Source: Candidatus Woesearchaeota archaeon (GTDB lineage: Archaea > Nanobdellota > Nanobdellia > SCGC-AAA011-G17 > GW2011-AR17). From it: a DNA stretch of 32,000 bases. A model generated the notes under the pieces. The model was given only the letters and a program-made list of their open reading frames with translations, had not been told where the DNA came from and ran no database searches. The stretch lies in NCBI GenBank assembly GCA_018302205.1, contig JAGVZZ010000021.1, forward strand, positions 3,539 to 35,538, in the 5' to 3' direction. Positions 25,816 through 32,000 of the stretch are shown here, piece after piece. Numbering within the stretch: the first letter of the stretch is position 1; each line of letters starts with the position of its first letter. The translations under genes and the position numbers were made by a program.

Positions 25816-27608
25816 AGCTTAATAAACTTTATTCAAACAAGAAAGAAATATTTGAAGATATTATTTTTAATAGTGATTTTAATGTAATTTTTGCAAAAGT
25901 TAAAAAACCAAAGGATTCTTCTAAAGATTCTCATAATTTGGGTAAATCTTTACTAATCGAATTAATTGATTTTATGCTTTTAAAAAGTTTTAAAAAAGGT
26001 CTATTTTTAAAAGATAACTATAACTTGTTTGAAGATTTTATTTTCTATTTGGAAATAAAAACAAATGATGATAAGTTTATTACTATAAAAAGAGAAGTAT
26101 CAAATAATAGCTATATATGTTTAAAAATTCATTCACAAGGATATCAGGATTTTCGTAATGAATTTGATTCTTTTTGGGAGATATCTAATATATCATTTGA
26201 AAAGGCTAAAGAAGAATTAAATAAATTACTAAATTTAAGCTCCATTTATCCCAAATGGGATTATAGAAAGGGTTTAACTTATTTTTTAAGAAGTCAACAG
26301 GATTATAATGATGTATTCCAAGTTAGTAAGTTTTCTGTTGGAAAACATCTTTATTGGAAGCCTTATATGGCCAAAATCCTAGGATTTAATGAATATTTAA
26401 TTGAACAAAAATATTCCAAAGATAATAAAATCTCAGAAAAAGAAACATTTAAATTACAATTTGAAGAAACAGTATCTATTGATCCTCAAGATTTTGATAA
26501 ACTCCAAGGTGTAATAAAAATAAAAGAAAAGGAATTAGAACAAAAAGAACTTAAAATAAATCGTTTTAATTTTTACGAAAAAGAAATTGAATTAAATAAT
26601 TCTTTAACCAATGATATAGAAGAAAACATTTCTGAATATAATACCCAATTATATAGAATAAATTATGATATTGATAAAATTCAAGAAGCTTTGAATAATA
26701 AAATTAATTTTAACCTTGATGAAATAAAAAAAGTTTATGAAGAGGCAAAGATTTATTTTTCAACAAAATTTGTTAATGATTATTCTCAGCTTATTGAATT
26801 TAATAAACAACTTTTTGATGAACGATCAAAATTTTTAAAAATTAAGCTTGAAGAATTAAACAAAAATAAAACTGAGATTAACAAAAATCTAATCCATTTA
26901 AATACTAAAAGAGAAGAGATATTATCACTTATACAGGATAAGGATAGTTTTTCTAAATTTAGAAAACTTCAGGCAGAGCTTATTGAGGAAAAAACACAAT
27001 TAATTAACTTAAAAAAAGAATTAGAAAACTTAAATCATTCAGATCAGATTCAAAAGACCATTAATAAATTGATAGAACAAAGAGATGAAATTATTAATAG
27101 TATTAAGGAAATGATTAAAAATAGTAATCAAATTTATGATACTATTCGTTATAACTTTAATGATATAATTAAAGACATTTTTGGAATACCAGCAATTCTA
27201 TCCATTAGAATTAATGGAGAAGGAAATCTTGATTTTATTGCTAATTTTGTTAAAGATGAAAAAGATTTAATTAAAACTAGTGAAGACAAAGGAAATACCT
27301 ATAAAAAGATTCTATGTGCTGCATTTGATTTATCAGTATTAATAACTTATTCAGATAAGTCTTTTTTTAGATTTGTTTATCATGATGGAATACTTGAGAG
27401 CCTAGATGATAGAAAAAAAGTTTTAATTTTAAAAAAAGTAAAATCTCTTTGTTCTATATACGGGATACAATATATATTGACCACAATAAATCATGATCTT
27501 CCACGTGATGAAAATGGGAATATTTTAGAATTTAATGATAAAGAAATTGTCAAATTGCTACATGACGATGGAAATGATGGTAGATTATTTAAAATGGACA
27601 AATTTTAG
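25812..27608 (+). CDS. SMC/Rad50-like coiled-coil ABC ATPase, DUF2326/YydD-like (candidate LmuB)
   Basis: N-terminal head 'MKLNKLYSN..FNVIFA..SHNLGKSLLIELIDF' (Walker A-like). About 200 aa of heptad-rich coiled coil. C-terminal head 'SEDKGNTYKK..FRFVYHDGILESLDDRKK' (Walker B/D-loop-like). Confidence 0.65.
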   Translation: MKLNKLYSNKKEIFEDIIFNSDFNVIFAKVKKPKDSSKDSHNLGKSLLIELIDFMLLKSFKKGLFLKDNYNLFEDFIFYLEIKTNDDKFITIKREVSNNSYICLKIHSQGYQDFRNEFDSFWEISNISFEKAKEELNKLLNLSSIYPKWDYRKGLTYFLRSQQDYNDVFQVSKFSVGKHLYWKPYMAKILGFNEYLIEQKYSKDNKISEKETFKLQFEETVSIDPQDFDKLQGVIKIKEKELEQKELKINRFNFYEKEIELNNSLTNDIEENISEYNTQLYRINYDIDKIQEALNNKINFNLDEIKKVYEEAKIYFSTKFVNDYSQLIEFNKQLFDERSKFLKIKLEELNKNKTEINKNLIHLNTKREEILSLIQDKDSFSKFRKLQAELIEEKTQLINLKKELENLNHSDQIQKTINKLIEQRDEIINSIKEMIKNSNQIYDTIRYNFNDIIKDIFGIPAILSIRINGEGNLDFIANFVKDEKDLIKTSEDKGNTYKKILCAAFDLSVLITYSDKSFFRFVYHDGILESLDDRKKVLILKKVKSLCSIYGIQYILTTINHDLPRDENGNILEFNDKEIVKLLHDDGNDGRLFKMDKF

Positions 27609-27763
27609 TTGGATTATAAATATTAACTTAACAATAACTTTTTTAATAAACTTATTATTTATGTACAAATCGCAACTTTTAGCTCTATAGAGATATAAGC
27701 AAGGTTAACATAAAAGCTAATATTAATTCTATTTTTATTCAAATAATTTAAAGTATTATTCAA

Positions 27764-28267
27764 TTACTTTGGTTCTTTGATATTTATTTCATAGGCTATA
27801 ACCTTTTGATTAACTCCTTGTAATGAATAAATTATCCAAAAAAGTAAACTTACTGAGCATATTAATAATATTAGACTCCATTTTGCTAGTTCTAGCCCTA
27901 AAAATAATGAACTTGGGGATAGTAATGAAAAACAAGAAAGAAGAATTGATGAAAAAATGGCAATATAAAATAGTTTCATTCTTTTCTGGGCATCATAGAA
28001 TTCCCATTTTGTTGAATAATCTTTTTCTAATTCTTCTGCAAAGTTTTTTAAAAAATCTATTGATTCTTGAGAATCTTTGTCCATTGCTATTTTAGGGCTT
28101 ACTTCCTGAATCCAATTAAATATTTTCTTCTTGATTTTAGAATTTAAATCATCATTATATTTGTTAAAACGATCTAAAAATTCTTTTTTATTAAAATAGG
28201 AATAAATTATTTGTGCAATTAATACTAAAAAGGAAACACCAAAATTAATGTAATCTAATGCGACCAT
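27764..28267 (-). CDS. multi-pass membrane protein, hypothetical
   Basis: 167 aa: an N-terminal TM helix, a roughly 75-aa charged helical segment, then two or three C-terminal TM helices. Lies 40 nt downstream of the nuclease gene on the same strand. Confidence 0.4.
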   Translation of the reverse strand: MVALDYINFGVSFLVLIAQIIYSYFNKKEFLDRFNKYNDDLNSKIKKKIFNWIQEVSPKIAMDKDSQESIDFLKNFAEELEKDYSTKWEFYDAQKRMKLFYIAIFSSILLSCFSLLSPSSLFLGLELAKWSLILLICSVSLLFWIIYSLQGVNQKVIAYEINIKEPK

Positions 28268-28307
28268 TGATAAAATTAAGCCTTTTTTATTTAAATGGTT
28301 TCATAGT

Positions 28308-28745
28308 TTATAAAACTGGTTTTCTAGTAATCTCTTCAGGAATCCTGTACTCTTGCCATTTAACTCTTCCAGATAGAATAGCTTCTTTAAGATTCTTCTC
28401 TTGAGGTGATAACTTTGAAGCTCCGCTTTTGACTTCAACAAAGATGACTTCTTCAATCTGCTTTTCATCCATACCTTTGAAAACTACAAAATCTATAGGT
28501 TTCCCAATGAATCTACATTCTGTTGGTGAAAAGTCAAAGTTTGGTAAGAAAGGTGCTAATTGTTCACTAAATTGGCCTCCAAGAACAGCTCTAGACTTAG
28601 CAATAGCATCTTTTCTGTGATTAGGTAACTCTTGTAGCCATTGTTGGTCTTTTTTATAGGATCCGATTTTTTGTCCCAAATAGTATGCAACTCCAATTCC
28701 TAAAAGGAAAAGCAAAGCCAGAATAATTGTTGTGAATTCTACCAT
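28308..28745 (-). CDS. membrane-anchored PD-(D/E)xK endonuclease related to archaeal Holliday-junction resolvases (COG4741/Endonuc_Holl-like)
   Basis: N-terminal TM helix 'IILALLFLLGIGVAYYL', then 'SRAVLGGQFSEQLAPFLP..IGKPIDFVVFKG..VIFVEVKSGASKLSPQEK', which gives a D..E-V-K core. Confidence 0.6.
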   Translation of the reverse strand: MVEFTTIILALLFLLGIGVAYYLGQKIGSYKKDQQWLQELPNHRKDAIAKSRAVLGGQFSEQLAPFLPNFDFSPTECRFIGKPIDFVVFKGMDEKQIEEVIFVEVKSGASKLSPQEKNLKEAILSGRVKWQEYRIPEEITRKPVL

Positions 28746-28815
28746 GTTATTAGTTTTGGATAATCCCTTTATAAACCTAATCTAACTTACACAGACGACA
28801 GATTTTCCCAAAGCC

Positions 28816-28828
28816 GGTCAAGTGGGCT
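28816..28828. repeat. second exact copy of ggtcaagtgggct, 16 nt beyond the stop of transposase B
   Basis: Exact 13-mer. It is preceded by ttcccaaagcc (28805-28815), the reverse complement of 21924-21934. Confidence 0.85.
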
Positions 28829-28843
28829 GTGCACATAAAGTAG

Positions 28844-29851
28844 CTAGAAATGTGGCTTTGCGTTGTAAAGCATCATCGCTTCGACCAATACTGAAATGTT
28901 ATGACAGCAAACCTTGCACATAATCTCATTCTCTTTGGTGGTATCACAATGTCCTCTAAGAGTGTTTCCAAACTTTCTTTTAATCATTGAGAAAGTTGAT
29001 TCTGCATTTGAACGCTTGTGATAATGCTCCTTGAACTTGTCTAAGTTGTTCTTCCACATTGAAACCATCTCATGCCAAGCAATAGAACCTTTTGCTTGAG
29101 CAGTAACATTCTTCTTAGGCATTATGTAAGGCGATGCTCCTATGCTTCTAGTTGAATCGCAGTTGTCTCTAGAAAGATAACCCGCATCCGCAGAAATTTC
29201 TTCAATCTTGAATCTCTTGGTGGTATCATCTAGCAATGGCTTGAGGTAAGGACTATCATTACAAGTTCCTTCTGTAACATAAGCAGAAACAATTACATTA
29301 GTCTTCACACCACAAATCATATGCAGTTTTCTATAATCCTTATGCACCTTGAAATCTAACCTGATTTCTTTCCATTGTTTTTTATCGAGAGTAGAAAAGC
29401 CAGTTGCATCAATGGCAAAATATTTTTCTAGTTCTTTCATAGGAATAGATAGCTCTTTCATTATAGCCTCAAGTATGTAAACTATTTCTGGATCTCCCAA
29501 ATATTTGAGAATAGTATTGAAATGATAGACTTTGTCTATGTATCCTAATCCTTTGAACATAATTAATTCTGAATTCAATCTTCTTGCAGAAATGTTATTG
29601 TAAGATTTAACCAACAATGATTTTATCATATCATTAATTTCAACAGAAGGTCTGCCATTAATGGGCTTATTTTGCAACTGCAAATAATTAACAACATCAT
29701 TGATTATCTTGTAAGCCAAAATTCTTTCTTGAGTTTGATACAGATTATATTCAGTCCATTGTCTATCTTGTTTTGGAGTTTCAACTACTTCTTTCTCCTG
29801 AATCTCTTCGTTGTTGCCTTCGTAGGGGAGGATTATTACGTTTTGTTCCAT
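28844..29851 (-). mobile_element. IS4/IS5-type DDE transposase gene (copy B, paralog of copy A)
   Basis: 'FAIDATGF', 'ISADAGYLS' and 'YHKRSNAESTFSMIK' (Y-2-R-3-E-6-K). Collinear with copy A at roughly 40% identity by eye. Visibly more G+C-rich than its neighbours. Confidence 0.8.
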
Positions 29852-29874
29852 CTTAGTAATATTCTTTTAGTATA

Positions 29875-29950
29875 TAGTAATACTATTCTTTATTACTATG
29901 TACCGCCAGTATTTAAATCTTCCTATTAGTAATACCATTATATATTACTA
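29875..29950. repeat. two 24-bp inverted-repeat units TAGTAATA-N8-TATTACTA (29875-29898 and 29927-29950), plus a solo TAGTAATA at 29854-29861
   Basis: Read directly. The arms are identical and both units have an 8-nt spacer, with starts 52 bp apart. They lie in the divergent intergenic region between transposase B and the P-loop/wHTH gene. Confidence 0.8.
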
Positions 29951-30039
29951 CTCCCGAAATAAAATAAAATAATGGCAAGTTTTATATATAAGTAATATAT
30001 ATTAAGATTATAATATGAAAAAAAGGGGGCTTGTATTAT

Positions 30040-31269
30040 ATGGATGAATACAAAAATATTTGGGAACTATATGGTTTAAAGACAAATCCCTTTTTTACAA
30101 ACCCTCTTCTATTATTTGGGGGAGATATTGATATTAAATTAGCATTTATTGGTAGAGAATATGAAGTTAAGAGATTACAAAATTTAATTTCAAATAATAT
30201 TAGTGGAAGAGTTATTGTTGCTGGTGATGTTGGAGTAGGAAAAACTACTTTTGTAAACTTTGTAAGAAGCAGTGTTCCAGATAAAGTTTTTTTTACACAT
30301 CTAAAAGAAATAGCAGTACAACCAGAATGGGATGGAATAGATTTTATATTAAATACTTTATCTGCAATATATACTACAATTAAATTAAGATTAGATATAA
30401 ATCCTAAATTTATTGATGAAGAAATCCTAAAAAAATTAGAACTTCTTGTTGATATTGTAGAAAGAAAAAATTATAGTATTTCTTTAAATATAGGTGTTAT
30501 TGGTGGAGGATATGGATCAAATACAAATATCAGTATTCCTTCATTAACAATTCATTCTCTTCAAGTTTTTTTTGAAGATTTAATTAGAGAACTTAAAAAA
30601 GTGGGATATAAGGGTGTTGTTTTACATTATAATAACTTAGAAATAATAGAAGAGCCTAAATTAAAAATTAAAAGAGTCGAATCAATTATGTCAGAATCTC
30701 CAATAATATTAGAAAATTTATCTATTACTGAGCTTAAGCAATTATTAGATAAAAGAATACAATATCTAAATATAAGCGGTTTGGATTCAATAAAGCCTTA
30801 TGAAGATGAAATAATTACAAAACTATATCAATTATATAATGGAAATTTAAGATCTATATTAAATAGCCTTTCTACAGCATTTAATGAATTAGTTATTGAT
30901 AATAGACCAACAATTATGAATTCTGAAATATTAATTAATACTCTTTCAAATACAGCTAAAAAAAGATGGTTAGATAAAATTACAGATACTGAAAAAGAAG
31001 CTCTTTTTTTAATACTTAATTCTGGTGAAATCACTAATAAAGAGATTGCTCAATCTTTAAAAAAACAAAAACAAAATATTTCTAAGATTACAAATAGGCT
31101 ATTAGATATTTATGCAATAAAAATAAAACGAACTGATGGAAAAGAAAAATATTTTACTGTTGATTCTTCTATAAAATGGTTTTTATTGGAAAAAGAAAAA
31201 AAGATCTTAGGAAAAAATAACTTAACTAAAAATATACAAAATGAAATTCAGAAAATATTACCTAACTAA
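30040..31269 (+). CDS. P-loop NTPase (Arch_ATPase/AAA_16/Orc-Cdc6-like) with C-terminal MarR-type winged helix
   Basis: 'NPF..FIGREYEVKRL' lead-in, Walker A 'GDVGVGKTTF', 'GNLRSILN' sensor-like motif, and C-terminal 'LTDTEKEALFLILNSGEITNKEIAQSL..ISKITNRLLD'. Start moved to the ATG at 30040, which has GGGGG 10 nt upstream. Confidence 0.55.
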   Translation: MDEYKNIWELYGLKTNPFFTNPLLLFGGDIDIKLAFIGREYEVKRLQNLISNNISGRVIVAGDVGVGKTTFVNFVRSSVPDKVFFTHLKEIAVQPEWDGIDFILNTLSAIYTTIKLRLDINPKFIDEEILKKLELLVDIVERKNYSISLNIGVIGGGYGSNTNISIPSLTIHSLQVFFEDLIRELKKVGYKGVVLHYNNLEIIEEPKLKIKRVESIMSESPIILENLSITELKQLLDKRIQYLNISGLDSIKPYEDEIITKLYQLYNGNLRSILNSLSTAFNELVIDNRPTIMNSEILINTLSNTAKKRWLDKITDTEKEALFLILNSGEITNKEIAQSLKKQKQNISKITNRLLDIYAIKIKRTDGKEKYFTVDSSIKWFLLEKEKKILGKNNLTKNIQNEIQKILPN

Positions 31270-31291
31270 AAAACATTAAAATGAATAAAAT

Positions 31292-31786
31292 TTAAAAAAA
31301 TAATGGGCGTGCAAATTCAAATCTTTTATCTTCTTCTTTAGGAAAATATAATCCCATTTCTGTTTTTCCTTGTTTTCTTATAACTTCTAAATATCTTGAA
31401 GCCATCTCATTATTTCCACAAAGAGCCCTAAACAAAGGATCCTCTTTGGCATCAGCAATAGATATTGTTGCAAGATCTTTTTGTGTTTCAAATAATTTTT
31501 CAAATCTTGGGATTCTATAACCATTCCAATGTTCAACACTTGGTAAATAACAATTTCCTTCAACAGCTCCTTCTATCGGTTCTATTTGTTCAAGATATAA
31601 ATGATTAAAATCCTGAACTAAATTTCGAGCTTGTTGAGATGTACAACCAAAAGAGGTATCTAAACCATAACTAATAAAAGATTCTTCAGAGAGATTTAAT
31701 CCCATAATTTCATTAACATATTTTATTAATTGTTGGCCATATCCCAAGGAAGTATCATCAATATCTAAAGCTAGCATCTCTTTCAT
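31292..31786 (-). CDS. hypothetical protein with a HAD-like N-terminal motif only
   Basis: 'LALDIDDTS' (DxDxT) at the N-terminus, but no downstream HAD motifs III/IV recognisable. Confidence 0.3.
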   Translation of the reverse strand: MKEMLALDIDDTSLGYGQQLIKYVNEIMGLNLSEESFISYGLDTSFGCTSQQARNLVQDFNHLYLEQIEPIEGAVEGNCYLPSVEHWNGYRIPRFEKLFETQKDLATISIADAKEDPLFRALCGNNEMASRYLEVIRKQGKTEMGLYFPKEEDKRFEFARPLFF

Positions 31787-31814
31787 ATAAAAAATAAAAT
31801 TAATTAATAATATA

Positions 31815-32000
31815 CTAGTCCAGTTTTATAATTTCGAACTTCTGAGTCATAATATTTGTTAATTCAGGCTTATATTGTGCCATATTTTCAAAGTAGTTAT
31901 TAACTTTATTAACAAATAAATCAAATTGTTCATAGTACTCGTTATGTACTATTTTTTTCTTGGTAAATTTCCATAATCTCTCAATTAAATTGAGATTTGG
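31815..32000 (-). mobile_element. IS630/Tc1-mariner-type DDE transposase, C-terminal 61 codons (5' part outside the window)
   Basis: My translation of the open frame: 'PNLNLIERLWKFTKKKIVHNEYYEQFDLFVNKVNNYFENM..'. It matches the characteristic 'SP.LN.IE.LW...K' tail of IS630-family transposases. TAG stop at 31815-31817. Confidence 0.55.

Noticed and set aside
21911-29851. Composite transposon formed by the two flanking IS copies
   Set aside because: The two transposases are only paralogs (roughly 40% identity by eye), not identical copies. I could not identify matching terminal inverted repeats or target-site duplications. The region is reported as an IS-rich island instead.
29852-30039. Replication origin (ORB-like repeats) next to an Orc/Cdc6-like gene
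   Set aside because: The repeats are short AT-only 8-mers in an 8-N8-8 operator-like layout and lack the longer ORB/mini-ORB character. The ATPase has no clear Walker B and sits between IS elements. An operator or an IS end is the more economical reading.
22331-31034. Internal or antisense ORFs 22331..22573, 25022..25249, 27823..28095, 28429..28620, 29672..29929 and 30828..31034. The same class elsewhere: 126..341, 3451..3657, 6304..6489, 17564..17761 and 21544..21774.
   Set aside because: Each is nested in or antisense to a longer ORF with recognisable motifs. Their translations are hydrophobic or low-complexity, as expected from AT-rich shadow frames.
1-32000. CRISPR arrays, tRNA and rRNA genes
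   Set aside because: I saw no regularly spaced direct repeats. No G+C-rich patch in any intergenic region has cloverleaf-compatible stems. This scan was by eye only; tRNAscan-SE, Infernal and a CRISPR finder should confirm it.

Overview
AT-rich archaeal chromosome segment, probably DPANN-like: it encodes aIF2-gamma, aIF5B and ribosomal protein S6e. From nt 1 to about 21.9 kb the genes are mostly compact housekeeping genes with many overlapping stops and starts. These include a partial RSH-type C-terminus, a DsbA-like oxidoreductase, a GlcD/GlcF-type FAD/Fe-S oxidase cluster with a split Fe-S subunit, and an Ogg-type glycosylase. They also include aIF2-gamma, S6e, and an aIF5B gene interrupted in its P-loop by a 603-aa LAGLIDADG intein. 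A translationally coupled caspase-like plus two isochorismatase-like genes and a bacterial-type grpE-dnaK-dnaJ operon complete this part; grpE looks frame-disrupted, and an unlisted 47-aa Cys-rich ORF fills the dnaK-dnaJ gap. From about 21.9 kb to the end lies an accessory island rich in insertion sequences. It carries two paralogous IS4/IS5-type DDE transposase genes that share a 13-nt 3'-flank motif, plus an IS630-like fragment and small DNA-binding proteins. The strongest candidate system is an RHH + Mrr-like nuclease + 78-aa protein + coiled-coil ABC ATPase module, which looks like a very divergent Lamassu/ABC-3C defence system. The island also holds a membrane-anchored PD-(D/E)xK nuclease with a multi-TM partner, and a P-loop/wHTH protein preceded by two identical-architecture 8-N8-8 inverted repeats. 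I recognised no rRNA, tRNA or CRISPR array. All family calls rest on motif recognition by eye, not on database searches.
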